Under the pieces are notes generated by a model. It was given only the letters and a program-made list of their open reading frames with translations. It was not told where the DNA came from and did no database searches. A DNA stretch of 64,000 bases from contig JANJGN010000138.1 in assembly GCA_026770705.1 (NCBI GenBank), forward strand, positions 620,001 through 684,000, written 5' to 3'. Position 1 is the first letter of the stretch. The number at the start of each line of letters is the position of its first letter. The stretch comes from Isurus oxyrinchus (Eukaryota). Position numbers and translations under genes: made by a program. Shown piece by piece: positions 26,675 to 39,681 of this stretch.

Positions 26675-28453
26675 GTACATTTTGACTCGAGGTGTTTTCC
26701 CCCCTGTAAAGCAACAGGAAATACAGGAGTCAGGGATGTTGAGTTCTTCAAGCGAGCAGAACAGACAGATATGTCTATTCGATTGGCAAAAACATAGTGT
26801 CTTCTAGAATTTATTGTAGATTCGATCAACTTTTAAAAATTCTTTCTAAATTTCCAGCTGCCCTCATTGTGAAAAAAGCTTCCTGTTTTATTTATTTATT
26901 TATTTATTAATCTTTGTTGGCTTAGACCTCATCTCTCTGCATCAGTGTCAACAACATGACTTGAATCAGCCCCATTTTTTCCTCCAGGGAAAGCGATTTC
27001 TCCCTTTATAACCTAACACGTGGTTTAAATGGAATAGAAAATTCGATTAGATCACCCTTCATTTTATTTCTACAGAGACTAGAAACAGGGAAAAGACCTG
27101 AAAAGAAAAAAAATGCACGGGAGAAGGCGGGGGATTGACAATGGTTGCATTTCTCCATAAGAGAAACAGAACAGACAGGACAGGACGAATGGTTTCATTT
27201 TGTGCTGTATCCATTATATGATTATACCTTTCTACGATTATCAAAACTAAATTCGTAAAATAAACGATTGCAATCCGAAATCCCATTGGTGAATCAGCAG
27301 TTTTTTGCATTCTGGTGCCAATAGGGTGATTCCTTCGAGTGTTATCTACAAGAACACGAGAAAGAGAAATTTGTGCCTCATGAATTTAAAGGCTTCACGA
27401 CCATTCCAGCTGAACCTTTTTTCCACAATTGCAACTTCGTGAAAATTCTCATTTCCCCCTGTCTTACATCACAATCACAGATAAAAAATTCCCAAAGTTT
27501 CAAGCCATAGAAGAGGTGAACAACTATGCACATTGCAAAATATTGGAAAACAATATGGAAAACAGCATGCTTTAAGCCTTTCCGCTAGTTGCATGGATCT
27601 GTTTTCTAATTTAAGCTACAAACTCAGGTCAGCTGTCTAAACATTGATTGTAAGGATTGTTAACTCGGATATGAAAATCTTGAAATGGAGATTAAAGATG
27701 GTGTTATTTGTGCATGCATACTAGCTGTTTGTGAGCCCTCGTCCTGGAGATCGAACCCAATTTGTTTTTCCACAGCCCCTTGTTTCTCACCACCTAGAAA
27801 ATACACTCATTTCACAAATGGTACCTGAAATATATATTCCTTGTGTACACTCATATACTTACTGACTGGCTCTGCATTTACTGTCCAATGTCTTGCCATT
27901 CTGTCTCCTGTGTTCTGTGTACACACAAAGTCCAAGGGAGCAGTTCCTTTCGATCCATCCTATCGAATCCACAATCGCTATTCCTGGTAGTTCCTCAAAA
28001 CTAAATTGCAGAAAGAACACGGAACATTATAGTAGAATATAATTAGATTATCTCTGTGTTTCTGTCAACAAAATATTCATTTGCTGTTGCACCTTTAAGG
28101 CAGCTATTGCGACACCTCCGAGTTGAGTTACAGCAGGTTCTGAATGTACGAATATTTATAATTAACATTGTGATGTTTGAAATTGGATGTTATGTTTATC
28201 GGTGTGCTCGTTCTGAATGAATGTGTGTGTGTGACTGTTTTATCTCTCAAAGTATTTGTGAATATCTGCGTTGTGTGTAAATATATTTAGGAGTCCTTGG
28301 GAAAAGGAAAGAAACAGGCAGAACAAATATTTCTGCATCAAACCAGGTTCAGTAGACAAATCGAAAATAAAGCTCTGCAACCAGCAGAAGGATGAAACGC
28401 ATTTATTTTCAGCACAAGAAGTCAAAATCATACGAAAGAGAGACACTTAATGA

Positions 28454-29414
28454 CTCCCTCCTCCTCAACCCCTTCCTATGGCACCACCCCATGCCCACGC
28501 AAAAGATGTAACACCTGCCCCTTCACTTCCACTCTCCTCACCGTCCAAGGGCCCAAACACTCCTTTCAAGTGAAGCAGCATTTCACTTGCATTTCCCCCA
28601 ACTTAGTCTACTGCATTCGTTGCTCCCAATGTGGTCTCCTCTACATTGGAGAGACCAAACATAAACTGGGCGACCGCTTTGCAGAACAATTGCAGTCTGT
28701 GCAGAAGAATGACCCAAACCTCCCTGTCACTTGCCATTTTAACACTCCACCCTGCTCTCTTACCCACATGTCTGTCCTTGGCTTGCTGCATTGTTCCAGT
28801 GAAGTCCAACGCAAACTGGAAGAACAACACCTCATCTTCCGACTAGGCACCTTACAGCCTTCTGGACTAAATATTGAATTCAACAACTTCAGGTCGTGAG
28901 CTCCCTCCCCCATCCCCACCCCACTTCTGTTTCCCCCTTCCTTTTTTTTCCAATAAATTATAAAGATTTTCCTTTTCCCACCTATTTACATTATATAAAA
29001 AAACACTCCCACTAGAGCTATACCTTGAGTGCCCTGCCATCCATTCTTAATTAGGACATTCGTTTAGATAATATCACCAACTTTAACTTTAACACCTATG
29101 TGTTCTATTATTCTATTGTCATTGACATCTTTTGATGATCTGCTTCTATCACTGCTTGTTTGTCCATACAACCACAGCCCCCGCAATCCCCCCAACCTCT
29201 CTCTCTCTCTCTCTCTCCGCCCCCACACACACACCTTAAACCAATTTATATTTCAACTCTCTATTGGACTCGAACTCAAGTTCTGTCAAAGGGTCATGAG
29301 GACTCGAAACATCAACTCCTTTCTTCTCCGCCGATGCTGCCAGACCTGATGAGTTTTTCCATGTAATTCTGTTTTTGTTTTGTATTTCCAGCATCTGCAG
29401 TTTTTTTGTTTTTA
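28454..29414 (+). mobile_element. Young 5'-truncated Penelope-like element with open GIY-YIG endonuclease frame and 3' terminal repeat
   Basis: ORF 28450-28899 CPRKRCNTC..FTC..NLVYCIRCSQCGLLYIGET..LEEQHLIFRLGTLQPSGLN; flanked by the 9-bp direct repeat ACTTAATGA (28445-28453 and 29415-29423). Confidence 0.93.
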
Positions 29415-29471
29415 ACTTAATGAGAATTGTTTTGGACGGTGATCAGTCTGGGTTATATACTGCTAAACTGC

Positions 29472-29549
29472 ATAGTTGTGGCCCAGTGTGGAAAGCAAAT
29501 TCACATCCATTAGGGTGCCTTCGAGCAGATTCAAATCCTTGCAACTATG
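29472..29549 (+). pseudogene. tRNA-Ser-derived pseudogene (GTAGTCG type, AGA/TGA family)
   Basis: atagttgtggcccagtg..atccattagggtgccttcgagcagattcaaatccttgcaactatg vs consensus GTAGTCGTGGCCGAGTGG..ATCCATTGGGGTTTCCCCGCGCAGGTTCGAATCCTGCCGACTACG; acceptor stem still pairs, anticodon arm damaged. Confidence 0.7.
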
Positions 29550-31389
29550 CAAATTCTTTTCCTCGCTCAGTTTCAAAATTTGACCAAGTTCCTTAGAGAT
29601 GAGTTCTGCCTTATGTGGTATCATATCCCATACCTTTCACCAACAGAAGTCGCTTTCCTCATTCTTATTCATCTCCATGTGTTCACGAATTTTCTGTCAT
29701 GAATACCACAAATATCAGCTAAATTAATGCCACCCTTCATTTTCTCCCTCTCTCACATTGTCGATGTCACTTTAAGCTTAATTAGATGTGCCCAACGGTA
29801 TGTGCAGGCAAATTTTCCGTGCGCTTGTATTTGTGCATGTGTGCGTTGTTTTTGTTTATTGCTCCTGCGTTGTTCTTGATTATTGTGGTTTTCTAAGATG
29901 CTCGTCTGCAATGCCCTTTCCAACTTCTATCTAAAATTATTCACGAAAGTATCTTCTGACACCTATTCATGTCAAGCATTCCAGATCCCACCAACTCCGA
30001 ATGGAAATGTCTTGGCTCCCGTCATCTGCATAACTTTTGTCAACGAATTTGAATCCATGACCTTTAGTTATTGATGTACACACAGAGGGGATTTTCTCCT
30101 TGTTTTCCCTCCCCAAATCTCGCATGATGTGGAAAACAACTATTTGGTGATTTTTCAACCTTTTTTGTCCAAAGTATAACAACCCGGGGTTCTCCAACAA
30201 CCCCTCATAATATAACTATATCATCCTTGAAAACGCCCCAGTGAACGTTCTCGAGCCCCTTTCTGATGCCTTGCTGAAGAGTGGTGAACAAAACTAACAA
30301 GAATGCTTACGAATGTGTAACTGCAGGACTACAAGTTCTAGCATGACCCCGGTGGCTTAATATGCTTTTTCTCGATTTAGAAACCAAAATATTCAATATG
30401 CTTTTCGAGCTAAATTATGAGCGTTGTGTATATGGAGGGAAATGTCTCTCTGCCCATCCACACTTTACAAAAACCTCGCTTTTACAGTGTAGCGACTTTC
30501 CATATTGGTCCTCCCAAAGTTCATAATAACATTGCTTACTTCCTCGTATTGAAATGTTTCTCCATTTTAAACGTGTTTTATTATGTGTGCGTCTTACTTC
30601 CTGAACTATTTTCTGAGCGTGTCATTGTTTCTCTGGAAGTCTTTCTCTTTGCCATGTCCAACTAATGAAGCAACAATATTGCGACTCATGTCTCCGCCCG
30701 TCATTCTCTACCTTTTGAATGTCTGTCTGTTTGTCTCTCTGTTTCCCTCTATTTGATCTCTATGTGCAACAATTTCATTTTCCAATCAGTCTGATGGATA
30801 GGCGCAGGGCTATTCTCCTATCCTCTTATCCGCTCAGTATTCAATAATATATTGATCTCAGGTTTAAATATTTTGAGCTCTCCCAATCCCCTGTGTTAGG
30901 GCACTTCAATGATACATAAACATTTGTTGAATATATTTCTCCTCATCACTGATTACACTAAGCTCCATAGAGTATAGAGTAATCTTGCTGAATCTCTGCT
31001 GTGAGTATTGGAATGAATCTAGGGACCAAGCTATAATTAAAACATGGGACTTTCGGCCTTTAGAAAATGCTGGCTTCACTCAGCAGCTCAGACAACACCT
31101 TTAGTTTACAGAGCTGAAAGATTGAGTTTTTTCTCTCTCCCAGGAAGCAGTAGTGTCTGGAGAGCATAACAGGAATTTCTGTTGTTGCTTCAGATTTCCA
31201 ATATCTGCATTTGCTACGAACAATAGAAAATAGGAGCAGAAGTAAATCAAATGGATCTTCAAGACTATTCCTCCATTCACCAAGATCATGGATGATATGT
31301 TGTATTTCGCATTCCACATTCCCATCTGCGCCGAGAGCCTTTGAATCTTTTGCCTTACAAGAATTCATTTACCTGTATTTTTTAAATTT

Positions 31390-32400
31390 TAAATGATAGC
31401 ACCTCCATTGTTTTCTGAGGCCGAATGTTCTGACATCGCATAATCACCTGAGAGAAAAAAAAAACATCTCATTTTCACTGTCCTACAAGGAACACACCCA
31501 GTCTGTCCGACCAATACTCATAACGCACCCGCTCATTCCAGGTATCAACCCAGTAAACACGCTCTGAACCGCCTCAAACTCACTTATATCCTTCCCAAAG
31601 TAAAGGGAAAAAATGGCATACACTACTCCAGGTTTGGAGTCATGTTTACCCTGTATTACTGAAGCTTAACAGACTTTCTTTTGTCTCCAATGCCTCTAGA
31701 AGTAAAGGATAGCATTGCATTCGACTTCTACATTACGTGCTGTACCTGCATAATAACTTTTTGTGACTCATGAACCAAGGTACCTAGATCCCCCTGCAGC
31801 TTGGAACTCTGCAGTCGTTCTCTGTGTAATTAATAATTTGTTTCTTATTATTATTTTCCCTACCAAAGTGAACAACTTCGTATGTTCCAACATTATTATC
31901 CATCTGTAGGTTTTTGCCCAATCACTCAATCCATATATTTCTACTTGCATGTTCCTTTTGCAATCTTCAGAACTTTCCCAACTTTATCTGTGCCAACTGA
32001 AAATTTGTCTATCATGACTTAAATCTCCTCATCTAAGCGATTGATATAAATTGTAAAAAACCATGATCCCAGCACCTGTCCCTATCCAGTCGTATTTCCT
32101 GCCAATCAGACAAAGACCCACATATGCATACTCTCTGTTTTCTGACATCCAGCCAGCCTTCTCTCCATGCCAATATCTTACCCCTATACCATGAATATTT
32201 ATTTTCTGCAATAACCTTCGATGTGGCAACTTGTCTAAGGCCTTTTAAATATCCAAGTATATAAAGCATACGTGCTCCCCTTCATCCATAACACATGCTT
32301 ATCCTTCAAAAACTCTAATAACTTGGTTAAACATGATTTCCCTTTCGAAAAACCATGCTGAGTCTTGCTTTCGCATGAGGCTAGTGAACGCGTGTTATAT
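31390..32400 (-). mobile_element. Decayed CR1 RT/3' region
   Basis: PHRRLLQKINIHGIG (32029-32229), preceded by a KHGF-like motif; 3' tail near 31400-31560. Confidence 0.8.
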
Positions 32401-32544
32401 CATCTCTACCGGATCCAATTCCTCTTTCAGATAGGGACTCCATACTGACAATTATTCATTTTGTTCAGGTCCCTTACAACAAATGTTGTCCAGAAGAAAG
32501 AGAAAGATGCCGATGTGAACATCCTGCAACTCCATCTCTCACTG

Positions 32545-32685
32545 CACTCTGAGTGCACCTACACCACATGGACTTTAGCAGTTCAAGAAGGCAGCACATC
32601 ACCAAGTTCTCTAGCGTAATTTAGGAGCAGCTGTAAATGCTGGCCTAGCCAGCGACGCTCACATCCCATAAATGAAAAATAAATC
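32545..32685 (+). mobile_element. 3' tail of the Zenon-like LINE or a SINE sharing it
   Basis: cacctacaccacatggact..gttcaagaaggcagc..aaatgctggcctagccagcgacgctcacatccca resembles the reverse complement of 6740-6870 and 23490-23620. Confidence 0.7.
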
Positions 32686-33069
32686 ATACCGACCTGGGGT
32701 GGAAAATGAGCAATATGATTGTGGTGATTATTTTTTTAAGACAGGCAGTGCTGGATGCATGTAATAGAGCACCCAGCAGAGTCATGAAATACATCAAACA
32801 AAGCGAAAAGGACATCAACATGTGAACTGCTCGGTTAAATTGTATTTGCAATTTTCGCTGAAGTTAAAAAAGTGCATTTTACAAAAAAAAAACATAAACT
32901 GTTTGATCATATTTACCGGTGAATTTCAATTCCTATCACAGCAGGTGGAAGAAAATGTTTGTCAAGTGAGAAAGAGTCTTTTGCGTGTCATGAACATTCA
33001 GAACATCCATGCGATGCAAACGTCTAATTTCCGGGCCTTGGGTGAAAGAAAGTCTTCTAAGAGACAGCA

Positions 33070-34450
33070 AAAATTAAAATTACACAGAATGCCGCTCTAC
33101 GAGGAGTAAAAAAGCCTCGCATTTCCTCTTAAAATAGAGATCTCTCCTTTTTCTACACTGTCCCCTACTTCTCGACTCCATCCGATCATGTCCCTTTGGG
33201 ACCAGGTATGATTCAGTAAGGTCTCCTCGCTTTCTTCTCATCTCTAATGGAAACAGGACCAAACTGCCTTAATAAGTTAAACCCATCATCCTCTGAAAGA
33301 ATTGACTGACCTTTCTCTGCGATGCTTCTTATGCATTTGGTATGACAGGTGATGTCTGCCAGGTGGACCAAATGCACAAGGGAAACTTAGCCATTTATCA
33401 CAAAAGTTCAGGCAATTTGTATTTATTCCGAGAAGGCTTTTGCACTGAACTCCGAGGCATTGAATCCAATATCACCTTAAGGGATTTTTAATTATCGTAA
33501 AACATTTATTAACAGAAGGAAAAAAAACGATAAATACACACAATATTAAAGTTACACGGTTATTTAGGCGTAGCATTTCCCAAAGTTCTTAGTTAAACAG
33601 GTTGCCAACTCCACTCCCCCTTTAAGGCAGCAGCCTAAAATAGATTTGAAACTACAAATTCAATGATGCAAAAATACCACACCAAGTACTCGGCATTGGA
33701 TTGCCAAAGCCTTGCAAGGCAGCTCTTTGTTTTTGTAGACATAGTTAACGTCTGCTAAAGTGGCTGTTCCCCAAGGACTGCTTCACATAGTGTACCTTTC
33801 AATCTGACATGGCAACGCTCTCTATACAGTCTTTCATCCGTTTGTATATACGTTCCTCTCATTCTAATCTCTAAATTCCATTGTTCTACAGGACTTTGAA
33901 AGTTTAATTTTCTCGTTTTGTAAAAATCATTCAGAAAGTCAATAAAGCCCGTTTCTTTTTAGGAAAAATAAACATAATAACCTTGCCCTGTTTATCTTGT
34001 TAGTTGACAAAATGCTACTATCCATTTGATACCCAACCACCTTCCAATTATCTGAAAATGCAAATTTCCTTCACACCCTGCACCTCATCCATATTTACTT
34101 ATTAGCATTTCAGATGTCTTCCTGCTCTTAATTTATTTCGATAATTTCAAACCTGCAGTCTCTCTGACTCTAATTCAATTACTTCATTCACTTAGGCAGG
34201 AACATCCACATTCACACATATAAGCCGACAATAATATTACGAAAAATATTATCGTTTCATGGCAATTTTTAAAAAAATATGGTGGCCAACATTGTACACA
34301 GTTTTCCAGATGTTTACTCACTAATCTTCTGTACAGCTGCACTAAAACTTCCATTCTCCCTCAATAAAAGCCACCATTTAATTTGCCTTCCTAATCACTT
34401 ACTGGACCTTGTATGCAAGCTACTTTAATGATTTATGTACAAGGACCTCT
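33070..34450 (-). mobile_element. CR1 3' fragment split by a solo LTR
   Basis: LFPLEMRRKRGDLTESY (33080-33262); CR1 sequence resumes at ~34270-34450. Confidence 0.7.
33338..34264 (-). mobile_element. Solo LTR related to the LTRs at 10470 and 16320
   Basis: Shares ggaccaaat..tgcactgaa..ccctttaaggcagcag..ttatctgaaaatgcaaatt blocks with 16330-17230; termini tggtatga..catggca resemble TG..CA. Confidence 0.75.
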
Positions 34451-36439
34451 GGTGCGTATATGGTCAGTTGAGGAAACTATTTCCGCTGGCTTGGAATTTG
34501 GGAAAAAGGAACACAGAGACAACAAATAGACAGATTTCAACATTGAAATTAGGAAACAATAGAGACAGGAAGGGTGCTGGAAGTTCAGAGCTCCGTTCTG
34601 TACATATTAATTGATGGCTTTATTTTAAAGCTGCGATCGATAATGTTTTATTAGAAAATATATTGACGTACATGGCAAAAGCGATTTGGCTCCCAATTTG
34701 CCACGATATCTTTAAATAATAGAACAGAACCTAGGGAATAAAATCAAAGCTTATGGAAAAGTGGATCATCTTTTGACTCAGGACGCTTCAGCCCCGAACC
34801 CAAAAATGAGTTCATCAATTTAAGTTCTTAATATCCTTCTTTATCTTCTTCCTTGTTTATTTCCTTTGTGGGCTGTGTTCGGTCTCCTTTATTTAATTGT
34901 TCCTTCATGTTGCCTTTGGACGTCTTCTATGCAGCTTTTCATAACCTCACTTAGACACATATTTTGTTTATTTGAAGACAGTGCATTTTAGACTGTATTG
35001 TAAGGGGATTTGAGTTCAAGAATTAATAAGTCTTGCTAAAAAACAAAGGGCTTTGGTGACATCATACCTTCAATATTATTTGCAATTTTGATCTGCATCT
35101 TTAAGGAAAGATACCAGTGATTTGGAGGCGGCACAGCGAATCTTCACTGATTGGTCCCCAGGATGAGGGGACAGTCCTATGATGAGACACTGAGTACAAT
35201 GGAGTAGCATTCTGGCTCTGCCACGTGGTTATTACATATGTTACTTTCCGGAACCACCAAAACAGCCACCCATCATGCTCCCGGCTTAATTTCCATGGCT
35301 ATTGATCCTGGCATGAGTCTCAACATTTATTTGCACTATCACTGTGCAGATTAAGTCATTCACAGTTAGCTCGCAGGGACATGGTAATTTTATCTATAAA
35401 AGTCCACTTAAGGGAAAACCTGGATTGTTCTATAAATTGAACATTCTCAAAAGTCAATAAGCAACGGATTGATAAATGTTTCATCACAGTACTCAGAGCT
35501 AAAACCATCCCACAACTGGGCTGGTGCTATGAGATGTCATTTTAATAAATTACACCCGCAGCCACATGGAACAGATAGATGGATGCTGTCATTTAGTTCC
35601 CTGGTTTTATGTGGCGGGAGGGGAGGGGGGTCGCGGGAGCAGCATCAGAGGTTAGCAGTATTGTATATAAATTCCAACTCTTTACTGGAAAGATAGGAAT
35701 TTTTATAAAAGGGCTTGCACAGGAAAAAAGTACTCCTGTGTAAAACCTGCGCTCCATCCGTTAAAGCGGGTCACCATCTTGCCGAAAGATATCCAGCTGT
35801 CCCGCCGCAACCGCGGGGAGCGACCCTAAAACTGGTTTCAGCACTATATCTAACAATGGCTCTTTTCAGAGCCACAAAATGGACAAAGGGAAGGGCTGTG
35901 ATCTGTGACTGCTGAGACCAGCATTTGCCCACCCCCTAATTGCTCTTTGCAACTGCGATTTTAATAAGACCCAGTGCTTTGCTAGACCAATTCAGGGGGA
36001 CAGTTTAGAGCTCTGTGTCTGGAGTCACATTTTGACCAATCCATGGTCGGAAGGAAAGACCTAGAACAAGTGATCTGTGTTTGACTCCAGAAATGAGGTT
36101 GATCTTCAATTAATGGAGGGTGAGTCTGCTATCTGACCTAAAATACAGCAACAGCATCTCCGGGATCTGCCAGGACTTCACATTTCCACAACAGGCACTA
36201 TGTGAAGCAGTTTCCCAATTCGAAAAATCAATCCCTCTCCCTTTTACCTCTCACTGGAATTTATGTGACTTAATATCTCACCGAAAGAAATCGAATCTTC
36301 AAAGCTTTGAAAGCCCTTTGCAGATGAACGTTCTCAATTCGGACTTTCATACAGCCCAATAAGAGATGAACAATAATGTTTGCAGCAAAGTAGTGGGATA
36401 TAATTTGGAAGTTTACATTGCAAAGCTCTAGTCAGTGTT

Positions 36440-36513
36440 GGCGTTGTGACTTAGATAGTTAAAGCGCTTGTTTAATGTAAAAGCGATTCTGCTTTTAATT
36501 GTCAGATGTGTCT
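36440..36513 (+). pseudogene. tRNA-Thr(AGT)-derived pseudogene
   Basis: ggcgttgtgacttagatagttaaagcgcttgt.. aligns without gaps to GGCGCCGTGGCTTAGTTGGTTAAAGCGCCTGTCTAGTAAACAGGAGATCCTGGGTTCGAATCCCAGCGGTGCCT; B box destroyed. Confidence 0.7.
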
Positions 36514-37155
36514 TTATCGATTTGTCGATGCATGGCGTTAAATAAAAACATTGACGTCCAGAGGCAGCATTGATAATTAGGCGACGACATACTGAAGCCA
36601 GATAGGATCATTGTTTCCTTGGGAAGTCATGCAGGAGGAACATTTTAAAATATTGCCGGTGATAACTGGGCAAAGTTTGAATGATTTATGTTACTGCGCT
36701 TTAGGAAGGAACAAACGGGGAGAGATAAATGTTGGTGCTTTTTTGATGAAGTCCTTGGGCTGGCAGATCTATTTCCATCCCTACAATTTGTGATTTGGAC
36801 TATTTAGAAGCTTTGTTGATTTCAATGTGATGTCATCACACGTTCCCACTACAAACACCTTTAGATATTGTTTATTCATTTTGTAGCTTCCGACTCCAAT
36901 TATATCTTCCCGAAACCAATGCAATCTTCAAAGCTTTAAATGCCCAGTGCAGATAACTGCTAACAACAGTTGCGAGGTCACACACCATGTGTCAGGAGTG
37001 AGTAGTTGGTGCAAATTAGAATAATTGTAAAATGAAGCCAAAGGGAGGCTGCTGGTCTGCTTGAGAGGAATACGGAGCTGCAGAAGATGAGTCACCTCAC
37101 AAGGGAATGCATAAAAAGCTTGTGACGCCGCTTTTTAAGTAGTGATGGCTGCTCT

Positions 37156-37228
37156 CACTGGGCAGCTCTTTCGTTAGGGCACCAGAATTTTAATCTGAGC
37201 GTTCAAGTGATAGGTCCACGTCTGGCTG
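37156..37228 (+). pseudogene. tRNA-Lys(TTT)-derived pseudogene
   Basis: cagctctttcgttagggcaccagaattttaatctgagcgttca retains the TTT anticodon loop and CAGA/TCTG stem. Confidence 0.7.
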
Positions 37229-38101
37229 TTCACTTTCGGCTTAAGATGTTCACGCCCGGTGAAACGACCAAATGAAACAGCCTTGGACGCTGAATTCTTC
37301 AATGGGAGCTGAGGAACTGGCAGCGTTACTTTGATTTCCAACAAAGGATGCACTCTCTTGCAATTGTTGTAGCCTCGATCAATTTAAATTCTTTCCTGGG
37401 TTTCCAGGTACTCCTTGTGTGAAGAGTGCTTCCTGACATTCCTCTTGCTTGGCTGGCACCTGCGCTGTGGAACTGTGACCAAAACAAAAAGTCAACATTC
37501 AACCCCATTCCTCCTGCCGGTTGAAATGGCTTCTCTGTGTTTAAACTAACAATTCACTTTAACAGGTTAGAAGCCTCGATCAGATCATTTTTCTATAATG
37601 ATGAGAATAGAAAAAACAGTTAATCCCTGAAAATGAAACTAAAGATTTCATAAGGATCGTGGAGATGGCCGGTGGATTGATTGAGGCGAATTTCTCCTTC
37701 AATGAGCCAGCACTGACAGGATGTTCCAAATGGCCTATTTATCGGCTGACCCCATTGTATGCTAATACGAATCGTGGATGATGAAATTTAACTCCAGATG
37801 TAACCGGCTGAACTCCAGAGCCCACTGGTCAATCAGCGCTGCTTCCTTTCCTAGCTTAGTATAATCCTGATGTATCTTCTGAGCAGTGTCTGCAACAACA
37901 TGAGAAATAGGGACAGGTGTGTCATGTGTCTCAAGGCTTCACAAACCGTCCAGACCTTCTTGGTTGAATGTCCACCTCATTTGCTCCTTCCTCAAAATTC
38001 TTATTGCGTGCTGCCCTACAGCCCCGTAACAGATGAAGAATTATCTATGAACTTACCGCAAAATAGTGAAATACGGTTCAAAACATAACTGTTTGTGACT
38101 T

Positions 38102-38176
38102 AGCAGTGTGGTAGAGTGGGTCATGTCTTACATATAGTCATGCAGACGATCCTGAGTTCAGATTTCAATGGTGCTG
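38102..38176 (+). pseudogene. Highly decayed tRNA-like remnant, closest to Thr(AGT)
   Basis: tagtcatgcagacgatcctgagttcagatttcaatggtgct vs TAGTAAACAGGAGATCCTGGGTTCGAATCCCAGCGGTGCC; isotype uncertain. Confidence 0.45.
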
Positions 38177-39607
38177 TTATTTATTTAAAATTAATCAGGC
38201 AAAGAGCTGAACATTTTCAGGTCGTGAGGAAGCATATAGAATGAATGTGAACATAAAGAAGCACAATAGGATCGAACTTCCCTTTGAAAAGAACGTGCAC
38301 CGGTATGCTTATGTATCGCTCCCTTTTCAGTTCATCCCAATGTACCAGTGGGTTTGCCATATTACGTGAAAGATAACTGCTTTGGGGTCAGTGCAGCAGT
38401 CGTGCAGGATATAACATTTTCTTTTCCTCTCTGTCTTTATCCACTGCATGCACTTACATGAAGAGGAACACCATGGATCAATCTACGAACGTCTCAAAGG
38501 ATTTGAGACGTTTTTCCAGCAAAAAAAAACAAGATTTTAAAGACATCTCAATCAACCACTAATTTTGTAAAAACAATTGTTTTTCTCCGCTTTCATTCCA
38601 CCTGGAAACTGTTGTTGGGATGAACCTCACTGAATAGACGGTGACCGATAAGGTTTGGTCCACTATGGGAAGCTTTGAACTGAGGATGGCACAGGACACC
38701 AGGGTAGGACTGCAGCGACCCTCGGAACACATTGACAGCCTTTTATTTTATTGCTTCCTGAATTTAAGATTCGCTGCTGAGGTCATCATTTATATTCGGG
38801 GCCTTGTTCCCAATCAGTGTTTAATTGTCCACCGCCTTTCACGACTGGAAGTGACAGAACTGCACAGCTTACATCCGATGTGTTGGTTATGGAATCACAT
38901 CAAAAGCGATTGTCTATGAGGACAACAGACATGGCACAAAAAAAAACGAAGAATGGTGTAATGGGAATAACATAAGTAGGATTTCTAAGTGTCCCTAAGA
39001 GTTCAGCCTCAGCTGGTGCATCCCGTCTGGTTCTGGGCGCTACCATTTAGGAAGGATATTAAGGATGCTGGAAGGAGTGCAGAACAAATTGACGAGATGG
39101 CTGCTGAGAAGAGGAACTTCAGTTAGGAAGATAGATTGTAGAGGTTAGGACTGTTGTTCTGGGAGAAAAAAAGTCTGAATGGAGATTTGAAAGAAGGATG
39201 GAAAATCACGAGCGACCTGAGCAGATTTGATGGGAGGAAAATGTTCCCGTTCGTGAAAGGATCAAGTTCGAGCTGTTGCAGATTTAAAGTAGTTGCTAAA
39301 AAAAAAAATGAGACGAAGAAAAATAAAACTTTATTTTTTCTCGCAGGAAGAGGTTAAGGTCTGGAATGCAGCGCCTGTGATTGAGGTGAAATGAACTGCC
39401 AGGGAAGAATTAAGAAGGGACTGTTATCTGGAAAGGAAGAACGTTCATTCTTGCAACTTAATATCTCACCTGAAGAAATAGAATCTTCAAAGTTTTGAAA
39501 GCCCAGTGCAGGTGAAAGTTTTCAATTCGCACAAATGAACAATAATATTTGCAGCGAAGAAGTGGGATGCAATTCAGAACTTTGCTTTGTAAACTCTGGT
39601 CAGTGTT

Positions 39608-39681
39608 GGGCTTGTGACTTGGTTATTTAAAACGCTTCTTTAATACACATGAGATACTCTGTTTAAATGTCAGTGGCACCT
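39608..39681 (+). pseudogene. tRNA-Thr(AGT)-derived pseudogene (duplicate of 36440)
   Basis: Same position in unit B; gapless similarity to the Thr-AGT consensus (gtgacttggttatttaaaacgc..gagat..cagtggcacct). Confidence 0.6.

Noticed and set aside
27740-27765. B-box-like tgggttcgatctcca on the minus strand
   Set aside because: No A box or cloverleaf could be built around it.
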